Positions 49,589-62,906 are shown, counted from the whole stretch's first letter. The stretch: 63,996 nt of DNA, filler included, from Fonticula-like sp. SCN 57-25 (GCA_001724245.1; 3 parts of 3 records of this genome joined end to end with filler, not necessarily neighbours in it); one strand, 5' to 3'. Notes: a model not told the origin generated them from the letters alone. A program made the numbers and translations.

Positions 49589-51603
49589 GCGTACCCTGCC
49601 TCTGGCGGCGCCGGCTGCAATACAAGCGTCCTATCGAACGAACGCTTTGTCTCATTCTTCTTACTTGGGTCTGCGCAAATAACATTTAGCACACGAAAAC
49701 CTTCAAAATATATCAAAAAATAACAAAAAAGGTGACGTACTGTCGACAAACTCGCCCCTAAAAATGACGTAGAGAAGCGGTACTGGTACCGACTGCTCCC
49801 ACGCGTCAACCGAGAAGGTCTCGGGGATGTGCTGCGTCGGCGGAAGCGACTTAAGCCCGGCGACGACAGCCTCGCGGCCAATCTTGATCAGCTTCAACCG
49901 CTTATCTAAAAAAATGCACACAAAATTAGCAACGAAATTATCATTTGTGGCACAAAAAAGGCACAAAAAAGGCACAAAAAGATGCAAAATGGGACCAACA
50001 ACGACACAAAAATGGCACAAAATCAGCCCAAAACTTTCATTTTTCGGCACTAAAAAGGCACAAAAAGTACCAATACGTCATAAAAAGTCACATAAATGCT
50101 TAAAAACGCACCCCAATCAGCGACATCCGTGCGCGCATTCTTGTTCACCTTCAAGTTCCTATTCAGCGGCGTATAGCTCCTGTTATCAATGCTCGTCTTC
50201 CCCGACACCACCGTCATCGAAAAAACCGCATTCGGCGCGTAAATCACGCCCAGCTGCGCGCGGTCCGCCGAGTCGTACGTCGAAACGTACCCGCGAATGA
50301 GCTCATACGCAAGGTTCTTTGTGATCGGCGAGTCAAAGCGCATGAGCTGCTCGTCGGGAAGCGCAGTGACGGCGTCGCCGGTGGTGACGTCAATGGCGGC
50401 GAACTGGATCGACTGGATGACCTCGCCGTCGATGAGTTGGAGGGAGGGGAACTTGCGGGAGAGCTCGCGCTTGAGGGCCGACATGCCGGGGTTGGAGGCG
50501 ACGGGGTTGTTGGCGAGCTGGAGCTCGCGGAGTTTGACTTCGCTGAGGTGCTCAAGCTCGGAAATGTTGGCAATCTGAAGGGAAAAGGGTGAGAAGGAGG
50601 CTGAAAACGGAGTAAAAGCCGCCAAAAAGGGCTAAAAAGATGCCAAAAAGTGTCACAAACAGACCCAAAAATGGACCAAAATGACACCAAAACGATACCA
50701 TAAAGTACAATCACGACGCCAAAGGGCAAAAACGACCCAAAAAAAGACGACTCGTACCTGGTTATTGGCGAGCGAGAGGTTGATGAGGTTGGGCGCGTGA
50801 GTGTGCAGCGTCGCCAGCTGTGCCAGCGAGCTCAGGTTGTTGGACGAAAGGTCCAGGGATTGCAACTACAAGATCATGATCATGTCAGCACGCGTGCTGA
50901 CACACGCAGGCGATGCGCACCAGGGGAAAATCGGTGCGGATGAGCTTGAGGAAAGCGAGCGCAAACGTCCTGTTTTGCAGGTTCGGGCGCAGGTTGACCT
51001 GGTTGAACTGCGGGACGGCGGACATGTTGGTGGCCGAGAGCACCTGGGCGGCCTCGTTAAAGTTGGCGCGGAGGTACTCTTGGAGGAGGGAGCGATGCGC
51101 GGGGCTCAGCTCGTGCACGAGGTAGATGTTGAGCTTGTTGCCGTTGAGGCTGCGGCCTTGAAGGAGCGTGAGAACCTTGGCGTGCTGCTCGCGCACGACA
51201 ATCTCGAGACTCGAGCCATCAAATGTCGAGCTCATGATCTGCACAGACTTGCGGCAATTGCGGCGGAGAAATTCAATCACCTCGCTCTGCGAGGCGTTGC
51301 CAAAGTTTTCAATGCGGATAACGCGGCGCTCCATGTGGGCGGGGCGCTTGCCGCCGGCGCCAACGGGGCGCTGCTGCGTGCCTTGAGGAAGGCGAGAGTC
51401 CGTCATGGTGGCATCGCCGTCCACGCGGTTCGCGCGGCGGCCATGTTCATCTGGACAGGGAAAAATTAGACGCGAAATTGAAAGCCATATAGTGAAAAAA
51501 GGAGCGTTTTCGTACCCTTGAGCTTGTCGCGACGACCCCTCCGGCGCTCATTCGCAAAGTTGTCGACGTACGAGATGCGCGCTTGTACCGGACGGTCGGC
51601 CAT
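49589..51603 (-). CDS. NXF1: mRNA export factor NXF1/Mex67 (RRM-LRR-NTF2), 3'-truncated
   Basis: LQSLDLSSNNL, APNLINLSLANNQI, LRELQLANNP, FPSLQLIDG, YDSADRAQL..Y..NAVFS, LPPTQH, RSFDRTLVL. Confidence 0.9.
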
Positions 51604-51679
51604 GGCGGCGAGCGGTTGAGGAAGCGAATATGAAAATCGCATGCGATTTTACTAGTCAATCTGTGCTGTGCGGGCCGTG

Positions 51680-52152
51680 ATGGGCGATGACGGCTTTGTG
51701 GCGCCGGGGCCTGTCGCCCCGGCTCAGGCAAAGCAACCCAAGCGCAAGAGGCTATTTGGAGGCGACTGTACGCATTTGCTGGTTTGGATGTCTTTTGCTG
51801 ATGGTAAAATCTAGTGAGGCACATGATGTATGGCTTTGGCGACACACCGACCCAGGCGCCCGACACGCTCGATCTCGTAGAGGAACTCGTCATCGAGTAC
51901 ATCATGATGACCGTACGCAGCTTTTTAACTATGTTGTGTTGCTAAGTTTGTTGGTAGTGCGCACAAGCGGCTGAGCTTTCCACGAAAAAGGCGCGGCTAC
52001 AGACCAAGGATCTTTTGTTTGTGCTCCGCAAGAAGCCCGACAAACTTCGCCGCGTCGCCCAGCTGCTCAATATGAACAAGGAGCTCAAGCGCACGCGGCG
52101 TGCCTTTGACGAGGATAACAAGGGCGGTGCCGCCCCTGCTAGCGAAGTGTAA
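51680..52152 (+). CDS. TAF13: TFIID subunit 13 (2 introns)
   Basis: RKRLFGGDLRHMMYGFGD, LVEELVIEYI, DLLFVLRK, LLNMNKELKRTRRAFDE. Confidence 0.95.
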
Positions 52153-52303
52153 GTATTTTTTTTCTTTTTGTTCATTCTAGTGTAAATAAGAGGGGTATGT
52201 ATTAAAGCCGGCGCGCACAATGGTAAAGATAACTTGAGCAGAATTCACGCAAGAACATTACAAAATCAACAAAAAAGAAAATAATTATTGCATTTCGCTA
52301 TTG

Positions 52304-53052
52304 CTATGAAGTGTGAAGGAAAAGAAGCGGCGTCATTCCCAGAAGGCACCCAGTCAGGATGCCCAGCATGTTGCCGGCCATCCTCGTCGCGAGAATCGAT
52401 CTCTGCGCAAGCTGCGCCGCCGACAAATGGGGGTTCGGGACGCCCAGACGCTCCGTCGAGGCTTCAATAAACTGGCCAAAGCCGATGCCGGCGACATCAG
52501 AGACGGCATTGCCGAGCGCGGCCGATGCCATCATCGAGAGATGCAGCACCGAGCCGATGTGGTCATTGATGAGATCCCCAGAGATGAGCATCTGAAAGGC
52601 ATGAGACAAAGTGCTTTGAAAAGAGACAAATGTGCGCACAATTGAATTGTCTAGAAAGCCGAACCCGACGAACGGGATCGCGCTGCGCGTAAATTGCAAA
52701 ATGTACTGGCGGCGGGTAATGGCACCGGCCGCCGCGGTTGCCGGGGCAGCATCGTGTGCCGCATCTGGACAAGGCGCATAAGCAAAAAATATAATAATAT
52801 TATGTAGTTCGTACGCTGCAGGCGCTGCTCATACCACCGGCTAAACTCTCGCCGCGTCAGGAAGCTGTCCTGGTTCTGGTCGGCCAGCTTGAACGCAACC
52901 TCGGCATCCCGCTTGGATGTGAGCTCGAGCGCATTCACAATCGCAGTGCGGCCTTCGGGCGACAGCGATAGAACAAACTCTCGCGCCGCCTGCGGGTCGA
53001 GCGACTTGGTCACCGACGTCGCCTGCCGCACGACGCGCGTTGCACGAAACAT
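52304..53052 (-). CDS. TMEM65: TMEM65 homolog with an EF-hand (2 introns)
   Basis: AIPFVGFGFLDNSIMLISGD, MASAALGNAVSDVAG, GCLLGMTPL; DQNQDSFLTRRE loop; presequence MFRATRVVRQ. Confidence 0.93.
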
Positions 53053-53513
53053 CGCGGGGCTGACCGGTTTGACTGCTCCGATTGAAACTGCAGTGTCACG
53101 AATTGCCATAAAAGGAAGCCTATCGGAACCGAAGGGGCTCTTTCGTTTCAGTCCGCAAGACCCTATGGAGTATATTGCAATATATACATTAATATGCAAA
53201 TTATACTGTTGGATACAACACGTTGCAGTCGCTGTATTTGTATTTTTGTCTGTCTACCGCGCACTATTCCGCGCGGCATCCGCTCTCAGTCCGCTCTGAT
53301 GTTTCCTTGATGTGTCATCAACTCGGGTTGCAAACTCAATTGCAATTTGATGTTTTCGTCTCAACCCGCCCTCAAATTACTTGCCTTCTAAACTGAACTT
53401 CTAATCGGCAGAACAAATGACCTGAGACGATTCTTAAAAAGGCGCCAACTTTTTTTGCGCGCGAAACCTCTCAGGTTCCCGCGCTTGAACTTCATTATTG
53501 TCTTGCTTTGGTG

Positions 53514-55186
53514 ATGACGGGGCCGCCTGTCCGGCCAGCGCGGCGTGGGCGCATGCTCACACCGCCGCCCACGTCCTCGCCGCGGTGTTCCTCTCCTCCC
53601 CCTTTTTCTACTTCCTCTTCTAGCTACCGCCCCCGCCGCCTCTTTGAGGACGACTCTGATGAAGAGTGCACGCGGGATGCCTGGCCATCGCCCATCTCTT
53701 CCCCGCTCTTTTCCGATGATTCCCGGGCGATCAGCTGCGCCTCGCACGACGTGAGCGCCTCAATGTCACGCTTTGTTCTCGGTCGCGAGCTTGGCCTCGC
53801 CCCGCGGCGGCTGATGCTTTCCCGCGCCATCCCTCGGGATCCCGCCTTCCACAGCACGCACGACAATGTCTTTCCCTTTAGCGATGCCGGCGGGATGCTC
53901 CCCTTCACGCTCGCTTTTCCCCGCGACGGTCACCAGCTCGCTGTCGGCACGGAAGATGGCCGAATTTCGCTGATCGACGCGTCGCAGTCGAACGTAATAG
54001 AGCAGTGTACGCCCTTCTTTTCTCCTTCAAGCGCGCATGCCGATGACTGACATTCCCCGACAGCATCATCGCGCACGACATGGACCGCCCACGCGAACGC
54101 CATCTTTGACGTCCAGTGGTCAAGCAGTGGCACGCAGCTTGCGGCTGCATCAGGCGATCAGACAATATCTCTCTGGGACGTTTCGCACGAGCGCCGCGCG
54201 ACCGTCTTTGCGCATCACAAGTGCACCGTCAAGAGCGTCGCGTTTGATACTGTCGGCGGCAGCGACCTCATGGTGTCGGGCGGTCGCGATGGGCAGGCGA
54301 TCGTGTACGATAAGCGCGCGCCGGATGCCGCCGTGGCAGTCATCGCCGACGCGGCGGCCAACTTTGCGGCGCCGCCGCCAAGACGCAGACGGCGACTTTC
54401 CGTCAGCAAAACACACTTTGTGCGTACATTTCTCTGCGTTTTATATTCAAATTTGGCGTTTTTCTCATAGTTTATGTTAGAATACGGCGATGAATGTGTC
54501 GAGTGTCGCGTTTGTGGGCGGGTCGCGGCACGTCGCCGCCGCCGGCGCCTCAACCGGAATCATCCAAATATGGGACCTTCGCAATGCGGTGGGGAAGAAG
54601 GCGCGGCCGGTGAGCACGCTGAACCCCGCCGCGGCAAACCCGTCGGGTGCGACGCGAGGGATTGTCAATATGGCGATTGATGAGAATTCGAGTCGCATCA
54701 TTGCAACAACAGCGGCAAGCCGGTGCGTTTCCTGTGATACATTTTGAGTATATTTAGGTTATGTTTGCTACTTTTTGCATTGCTTTTGTGTCATTTTCGT
54801 TACTTTTGTGTCATTTTTCATTACTTTTGACTCCTTTTTCTTTCCTTTTCTTCAATACTTACCCTTCGTTCAGCATTTACATGTTTGACGTGCCCGCTCT
54901 TCTCCCCACTCACTCCCCCGAGCGCACCTTCTCCGGCCCCTCTCTCCGCGCCGACTCTTTCTTTGTCCGCTCCTGCTTCTCCCCCGACGGCGCGCATATC
55001 CTATCAGGCTCGTCCGACAGCCAGCTGCACGTCTGGAATGCCGCGGCCAGTTCGGACGGCGACGCTGCGCCGACGCTGCTGCAGGGCCACGCGGCCGAGG
55101 CGAGCGATGTTGCGTGGACGCGCGGGATGCTGGCGAGCTGCTCGGATGATGGCACTGTGCGCGTGTGGCATCAAGAGTGTGCATGA
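53514..55186 (+). CDS. DTL: Cdt2/DTL-like WD40 protein (3 introns)
   Basis: RELG, WTAHANAIFDVQW, ASGDQT, HKCTVKSV, SGGRDG, SFFVRSCFSPDG.HILSGSSD, LQGHAAEASDVAW. Confidence 0.85.
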
Positions 55187-55518
55187 AAAAGCTATAGACA
55201 TTGTCGTGATGCGAGATGAGCATCAGGCTTGCAATATTGTTTATTATTGTATTTTTTTATCTATCCGTACTACAGTGCGATGCTCGAGTGATTTTATTAT
55301 TCATCATTATTATTTATTTGTACCATTTACAATGCCTTACCCATACCAATAACATGGACTTTTAATGCTGTATTAGACGGAAACGTGAAAATATTTGACC
55401 CTATAGACACATTATACAGCAACGTTTGGCGTTGTTTTGTTGCGCTTGCATTGGCCTTGTGACTACATTTGGCTGTATTTGGTTGCCTTTTCGCTTCATT
55501 TTTGTTTCATTTTGCTTT

Positions 55519-56315
55519 ATGCTCGCGCTTCGCAGATTTGTCATCTTTCAATCAGCCGTCTCCTTGCCCCTGAGAAAGATGGCTTCATCGTACCCGACGT
55601 ACTGCGGCACGCTCGAGCAGCGCGACCCGAGCTCCGAGGCCCTCTATGCTCCCGCCGCGGAGCGCAATGGCCCGCTCATTGTTGAGGAGCTCCGCGAGCG
55701 CTTCACTGCTCTCGGGCCGGTTCGCCTCCTCGAGGTGGGATCGGGGTCGGGGCAGCATGCCGCGCGCTTCGCCGAGGCGTGCCCCAACCTGGACATTCAG
55801 CCGTCGGACGTGACAACCGTCGCTTTTGCAAGGTACGTTTGCTGCTGCGGTGCTGTGTTTGCCGAGCTCATGCCGTGGGGCGCAGCGTCAAGACGCACTG
55901 CAAGCCCTTTGCCGACCGCGTGCGCGATCCCGTCGTGATCGACCTGACGAACGCGGCGACCTTTGATGCCGTGCCGAAGCGCGCCTTCCATGTTGTGTAC
56001 GCGTGCAATGTGGTGCACATCTCGCCGTGGTCGGCGACGCTCGGCCTGCTGCAGCTCGCCTCGCAGTCGCTCGTGCTGAACGGCACCCTGATCCTCTACG
56101 GTGCATATGGACTCTTTGGCAAGATCGAGCCGGAAAGCAATTTGGAGTTCGACGCCAAGCTCAAGCGCAAAGACCCGTCGTTTGGCATTCGTCACCTCGA
56201 GGACATTGAGCGCGAGGCAAAGCTGCTCGGCCTGCATATTGACTCGATCAAGGACATGCCCGCCAACAACAAACTGGTCATTTTCAATCGTCGCACCATC
56301 GAGTCACCGCTGTAA
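55519..56315 (+). CDS. METTL26: METTL26/DUF938 SAM-dependent methyltransferase (1 intron; alternative start 55579)
   Basis: APAAERN, LEVGSGSGQH, QPSD, NVVHISPW, ESNLEFD.L..DPSFGIR, MPANN. Confidence 0.92.
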
Positions 56316-56389
56316 ACACGCATTTTGTGCATCTCTAAAAAACTAGTCATTTCCCTACTTTTCTGAGCCCTTTCGTTGCACCAACAGAC

Positions 56390-56806
56390 ATGAACTTTTC
56401 TCCGACGGCCAGCGGAGGCGCGCCGCCGCAGAGGGGATCGTTCCCGCTCGACCACAATGGTGCGCCATCGCGCTTCCGATCGCGGGTGGTCTCACGTGCT
56501 GACCGGTGTTTGATGCGCAGGTGCCTGCAAGGATGTCATGAAGGAGTACATGGCATGTATGCGCGAGGAGCGCTTTAAGACGTCGGGGTGTAGGGCGGAA
56601 ATAAAGGCCTTTCTGCAATGCCGCATGGACAAGTGCGCCCGCATCCGTTTCACATTGACCCCATGACGCTGACATGCCTCCGTAGGAATCTGATGCTGCC
56701 CGACGAGTTCTCCAACCTCGGCCTGGGCGACGTTCCATCGCCCGGCGCACCGCCAGAGCAGCCCGCGGCGCCTTCCACGCTGCCTCCCGCGCCGGCTTCA
56801 GCCTAA
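56390..56806 (+). CDS. COX19: Cytochrome c oxidase assembly factor Cox19 (2 introns)
   Basis: PPQRGSFPLDHNGACK, twin CX9C, FLQCRMDKNLM. Confidence 0.95.
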
Positions 56807-56953
56807 CTGCGCCCCATTGTTCGTGTACATACTTTTGCCTTCCCTCCTCGTTCCTTTTGTTTGCCGCGAGCGTATTCAACGTAGCTATCATTATTACAAC
56901 CATGTACAACAAATAATATACACAAACGAATATGTCACACTAAAGCAGCGCAA

Positions 56954-59484
56954 TTATCCCGTCGCGTCCTCGAATGGCGTCTCTGGCGCCTCCCGCGGCT
57001 CGTCATCATCCGACTCGCCCCGTGTCGGCGAGATGATCGACGACTGACTGCGGGAGAACATTGACGTCATCCCGCCGCCGCGGTACCGCGGGCTGTTTGG
57101 CGGCGACTCTGCGGCGGCGTCTACTAGCGAATACGACGACAGCGGCCTCGTAAAGGCCCTCGGCTTTGCCGCATCGCCTGATGCCGAGCTGATCGACTGC
57201 CGCGTCAGCGATCCGCGAGGTTGCAGCGGCACCTCCAGCAGCGACGCAGCGCTGCGACCGCGCATCAGCTGCCGCGGCGCCCCTGACGGCGGCGGCGACG
57301 GCGCGGGCGTCGTGGCCGTCGGCGTGCCCGGGTTCGATGCCGATCCCGGTAGCAGCATGCTCGAGATGCGCGCGCGCCACTCGGCCGCCTCCACGCTGAT
57401 CACCTCCTGGTTCAAAGCCTGCGCCTTTTCGCGCGAGAAGAGCATCTTGGCCAGCCGAGCGAGGCGCAGAACGGCCCAAATAACGACGGCGAGCACTGCG
57501 GGACGCGCCGGTTAGAGCGGGAAAAAAAATAAAATGCGCGGGAAAATGACGCACCGTTGAGCACCCACGAAAGGAAAAGGTAAAAAATGTCGACAAAGTT
57601 TTCGGCGTGCTGCTCGCTGCGCAGCTGCTGCAGGACCTCGTGGAGGTGCGTGGCGGAGCTCAGGTTCTGCTCACCGACGCGCATGGCTTGGTCGAGTTGG
57701 TCCTGAAGTGTGGTCGTCTCGCGGCCAAGCCTACGTGGGGTTAGAAAGAAGCGTCACATTAAAAGGCCAAAGAAAGGCAAGAATAGCCCAAAAATATCAA
57801 AATTACGCACAAAAACATGCACTTAGTGACATTAATATCACACACACAATATCATATTTTCACGCATATGTGTTCGTACCGGTCGTGCGCGCCGTTCACG
57901 TTCGCCAACATTGACGTAACGACACTCGCCTGGTGCTGATACTTATCCAGCATTGTGTGCGCGCGCTCCCTCAGCGCATTATAATTCTCCTCTGACGCAG
58001 CAAACTTTTCCATCGTGTCCGTCACAAACGCCTATTTGACACAGTCAGCACAAATATATGCGCCCCAGCGACGCACCGAGCTCTCGGTGACGACCGTCTC
58101 GACCTCTTCAGTGAGCAGCACGACGAGGCTTTCCGGCCCCGGCCCCGTCTCGGACGTGCTCTTTGAATCGCTGCTCAGCCGTGACGTCAGCCGCGCCGGT
58201 TCGCCCCACGAGTTGGCCCCGCCAAGCCCGTCGCCTGCACCCATCGCGTCAATAAAGCATGTTAAAAGGGAACGACAAGCGCACTCAACGTGCTCGAGCC
58301 AGCCGACGTCGCCGAGTTTGCTCTGCTGCGCGCCCCGCGCGCGTCTTCTATGGGCGTCGGAAGCAGGATCGGCTCCTCGTCAATCGCCATCGTCTTTGTC
58401 CACGCCTGCCGCCGCATCTGCATCGAGTTCTGTTTGACGCTGTGTCAGAAAAGCAGCACCAGAAAATGTCGCGTACCTTCCAGTCGCTGCTGCTTCCTTC
58501 GCTCGACGCCGTCGCGCGCAGCTTGGGAAAGCCTGAGGAGCTCGTCGGCGATGTCGGCGAAACAAGTGCGTCGCCAGCAGCGTCGTTCGACTTGGCGCGC
58601 GAGATCTTTTGCACTGACGGCGCGCGCTGGACCGACGCAGGCGGGGCGGAAGTCGACTTTGGGGCTGCGCAGCGCGTTAGTGTCAAAAAAAGGCAATGTT
58701 TCTTCGCACCGTCGTCGGCGGACGCGTCGCCGGCCGACTCGTCGGGATCGTCGGCGGAGGCGACCTTGATGGTGGGCGTCGAAGCCACAGCGGGCGGCGA
58801 GGGGCTGCGCGCCTCCTTGGGCGTGCCGGAGCGCAGCGCGGCGAGAGAGAGAGGGGAGGCGGTGGCAGTGGCGATGGGGGGGGCAGAGGAGCCGGCGGGT
58901 GAGCGCGGGGCAAAGACGGACGAGGCGGCCGCGCCTTGCGCTGCGCGCGCTTTCAGCTGATCGCGCTGGCGATGAAGGAAGCTCATCTTGGGGAGGGGCT
59001 GAGCAGAACGTAAGAAAAAAAGAGAAAATAACAAAAAGGTAAAATAAAAACGCACTTTTGACGTTGTCTGCTTTGCTACGCTCTCCGAGCTAAAGCTCGT
59101 GCTGTTGTCAATAGTGATACGCTCGGCAGCGTCGGCCGCCAGCAGCCGCGTCGCCGCCGCCAGGGGCGGAGTCGCCACGGGCGACGGCCCATTAACTGCG
59201 TTCCGAAGCTCCTCGGCCGACGCGCTCCCATGGCGTCTGTGCTGCATGCGAGCAAGAAGCGTCGCCTTGTCGGGCTGCTGGCGCTGGCTGCTCGGTGCCT
59301 TGGCAGGAGGCGTGAACGATGTCGCCGGTAGGGCATCCGACGATGGGATATCAATTAGTTCCGATCTCGTAGAGGAGCTGCGAAAGCGCCCTTGTAAAAG
59401 TGTGTCGTCACTGCGTGACTCTAGAGGGGACGCGTCATTGGTCGAGTTGGACCGATTCCGGCCCGCGACCGACGCGCTCTCCAT
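56954..59484 (-). CDS. Hypothetical Ser/Pro-rich coiled-coil membrane protein (about 7 introns)
   Basis: Canonical introns throughout; low-complexity N-terminus, coiled-coil-like segment and hydrophobic segment IFYLFLSWVLNVLAVVIWAVL. Confidence 0.7.
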
Positions 59485-59607
59485 CGCGACGCCGCAAACA
59501 ACAGAATTACGACCACGTGGATAAACAATGACCGTGCAATCTGCGTAATCCGGGGGCCACTTCAAGGGACGAGGCCAGGATTGTCAGACGGTCGGTCGTG
59601 ATCGGTC

Positions 59608-61691
59608 ATGTCTTCGACCAAGCTAAACAAGGTGGGGATCAACTGCCAGAAGGAAGTGCTTCCGGTGACAGAGGTGAGTTTTTCTTTTTTTGTCATTTTG
59701 ATTCTTACGCATGTTTAGGTCGTATGGTACATTGACACTGAAGCGACCAAGGATCCCGCGGCCGCGGCTGCAAAGGAAGGTAACATGGCGCCTGCCGCCA
59801 AAGCCAAATCCCCTCTCACCAAGGAAGGATCGGGCCCCGTCGCGTCCTCCTCTTCCTCGCAGCTCCCCCTCGCGACGCGCTCGTGGGTCATGCTTGCTGC
59901 CGAAGACTCCAAGGCGCTCGAGACCGCACTCCGGGCCGGCGATCCCGAAGTCAAGGTGCCCATCCGCGGCGATCTCCTCGACGTCAATGTCCACGATCGC
60001 GTTGCCGAGCCAGTCTACTGGAGCGGCGCGCCGCAGTATGTCCTCCGCGGCACCTGGTTTGTTGAGGAGAGCAGCCTCTGGCAGCCGCTGGAGGAGTATC
60101 TCGCGGACGAGATCGAGCGCCAGTTCCTCCAGCGCCCGTGGACGACGATCCCCGACGGCCAGCTGTGCGCGCGCTGGCTTCTCGAGGACCGCTTGACGAC
60201 TGTCCTCTTCTTCTCCAAAGACGATGTGCGCCTTGTTCGCAGCGGGATGCTGTCGCGCATTGACCTTGCTATGCGCGGCGAGCACGCCGCCAGTCTCCCG
60301 CTCCGCCGCGGCGGCGAGATGCTCTACATTACGCAGGCCGACAAGGTGCCGCCTCAGCAATCAAGAAACTTTAAGCACCTTGTCCTTGTTCTCCACGGCA
60401 TCGGGCAGCGCCTCGACTTTAACGACATTTGCGTCGAGGTCGGCATGATCCGCTCGACGCTGCTCGGGCACGCCAAGGCGGCGTACCAGTCGCAAGTCGA
60501 CGCAGAGTCATTCCAAGTGCTACCCGTCCAGTGGCGAAAGAACCTTGACCTATCGTGCGACATGCAAGGCAACGGCGAGACGTCCATCGACGACGTCACC
60601 GTGTCGCAGCTGAGCTTGCTGCGCTCCGTGCTCAACGGGACAATCGTGGACGTGCTCGTGTTTATGACGCCGCGGCTTAGGAGGCAGATTCAGGCAACGG
60701 CGGTGAGCGAAATGAATCGTATTTATAATCTCTTTGGTACGCGCGCGTGTTGCTGCCTAGCTTAAAACTGCGCATATCTAATGTTTTTGGCCTTGTTTTG
60801 CATAGTGTCGCGGAATCCGAGCTTTAAGGAGAATGGCGGGCAAGTACACTTTCTACCGCACTCGCTCGGCACAGTCATTGCGTTTGATATTCTTGTGCCG
60901 ACAACGTCGTCGCGCGCCTCTTTCAATGCCAACTCGCGCGACTCGCCCGAGATCGCGGCGCTCGAGGAGCAGCTTTTCAAGCTTCGCAACGTCGAGCGCG
61001 AGTGCGCGGCTTATATTCATTGTTGACCGTCCTTCTAACATATGAATTTGATAGGAAAGCGCTTCAAATGGACTTTAGCGTGACGAATGTGTTTGCGATT
61101 GGCTCGCCGCTCGGTATCTTTCTGACCGTGCAGGGGACGCGCATCAGCGACCGCCCCGGCCCCGGCAACGTGATGCCGCGCACCAAGGCGTGGTTCAACA
61201 TCTACAACGGCTACGACCCCGTGGCGTACCGCCTCGAGCCGACCATCGCGCGGCACCTGGCACTGCGCAAGCCGCGCTACGTCCCGTGGTTCAAGGGAGG
61301 GCAAAAGCTGCACATCCAGATGCAGGACTATGGCGAAAAGTTTGCCATGAAGGTGAACGGGCTAAAGGCGGCCGTGTCGTCCATTTCGTTCTTTGGAAAG
61401 GCGGTGACCGTGTCAGAGGCGGAGGCGGCGGCGAGCTCGGCGAGCCAGACGCTCGTCGCGTCGCCCAGCGAGGAGGCAAAGTTTTTGCGGCCCGTCGTCA
61501 GTGATGAGGAGGCCACGAGGATCTTGAACAAGCTCGGCGACGGCGCTGTGGACTATCTGCTCCAGGACGAGGCGCTTGAGGCGCCGTACGTGTCGGCTGT
61601 CATGGCACACCTCGCGTACTGGAATAGCTTGGATGTGGCTGCGTTCATCCTCGCGCGCATCTACAAGACCAACGTGAGCCCCCCGTCATGA
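59608..61691 (+). CDS. DDHD-domain phospholipase A1 (3 introns)
   Basis: PVYW..VLRGTWF, HLVLVLHGIGQ, LPVQWR, PHSLGTVIAFDIL, AIGSPLGIFL, NIYNGYDPVAYRLEP, VDYLLQ, AHLAYW. Confidence 0.92.
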
Positions 61692-61902
61692 GTGGGGGCG
61701 TGCACACAAATGCTGTATATGGTTTGATATTTTGGTAATTAGTATAATATATAATGGTTTAATGTTGTTTCTGCCTTTTGAGACGCTGCTCGGCAAACTC
61801 TTGGTGCCGTATTTTGTGTTGTCCGCCGAAATGAACTCGCGCAGTCAAATCGTGACGTCAGCGTTGGTGGTGACCGTGTGATCCTGTCACCACCAGCGGA
61901 CC

Positions 61903-62906
61903 ATGTGTATTATATTCTTCTCGCTCTCACAGCATCCAGAGTACCGCCTGTATGTCACACGTTGTCTTTGTGTGCATTTTATCGTCTGACGCCAACCGCT
62001 TTTAGGATTGTTGCGGCCAATCGCGATGAATTCAAGGAGCGCCCGACTGAGCCGCTGCACGAGTGGGAGTCTGGCATCGTGGCCGGCCGCGATCTTGTGC
62101 GGGGAGGCACGTGGCTCGGCTTGACGCCTGGCTCTGGCCGCATTGGCTTTGTGACAAACGTTCGCCATGTCATGAATTCGACGCCTGAAATGCCGGTACA
62201 TGCAATTGCGCCCTTTTCTGTGCATCTCATTCACTTGCGTAGGCATGGTCTCGTGGTGAGCTTCTGTCGCATTTCCTTCTAGATAACCCGCACACGCCGA
62301 GTGGCGGCGAGTACCTTGCGCACTCTGCAGAGCCGTGCGCGCACTGCTACGATGGTTTCAACATCGTCGTCGGTGATCTGCTCGACCCAGCCCCGACGCT
62401 GTACTACTTTTCAAACGGCGACACCGCGTGCGTCTCTGCTCGGTATCTTTACTTTCATTTATTCACCATTCTGTATCCTTTTTTGACATCTTAGACCGTC
62501 CACGAGCTTATCGCCCGGCACGTACGGCGTGAGCAATGCGACGCTCGACACGCCCTGGAGCAAGCTCGTGTTTGGCAAGACCACCTTCGAGTCCATCGTG
62601 TCTGCGCACAGCGGCGTCGAGCAGGAGGAAAAGCTCATCTCCGACCTCATTGGCCTCATGCGCATTGAGGCACCGCAGAGCGGCGAGCACGACGACCCGC
62701 AGCGGCCCGAGCAGCGCGTGCTCTTCATCGACACGGAGATTGGCGGCCGCCCGTACGGGACACGGGCCAACACCGTCGTGCTCGTTCGAAAGGACGGGTC
62801 GGCGACGGTGGTTGAGAATTCGCTCGAGTATGAGACGGGGGAGTGGCGGCTCAGGCGGGTGGACTGCAAGCTCGGCAACGGAAAGGAGGCGGGGAAGGAG
62901 GAATAG
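61903..62906 (+). CDS. TANGO2: TANGO2/NRDE family protein (3 introns)
   Basis: MCIIF, AANRDEF, GRDL..GGTWLG, SRGEL, YDGFN, YGVSN..LDTPWSK, YGTR. Confidence 0.95.
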
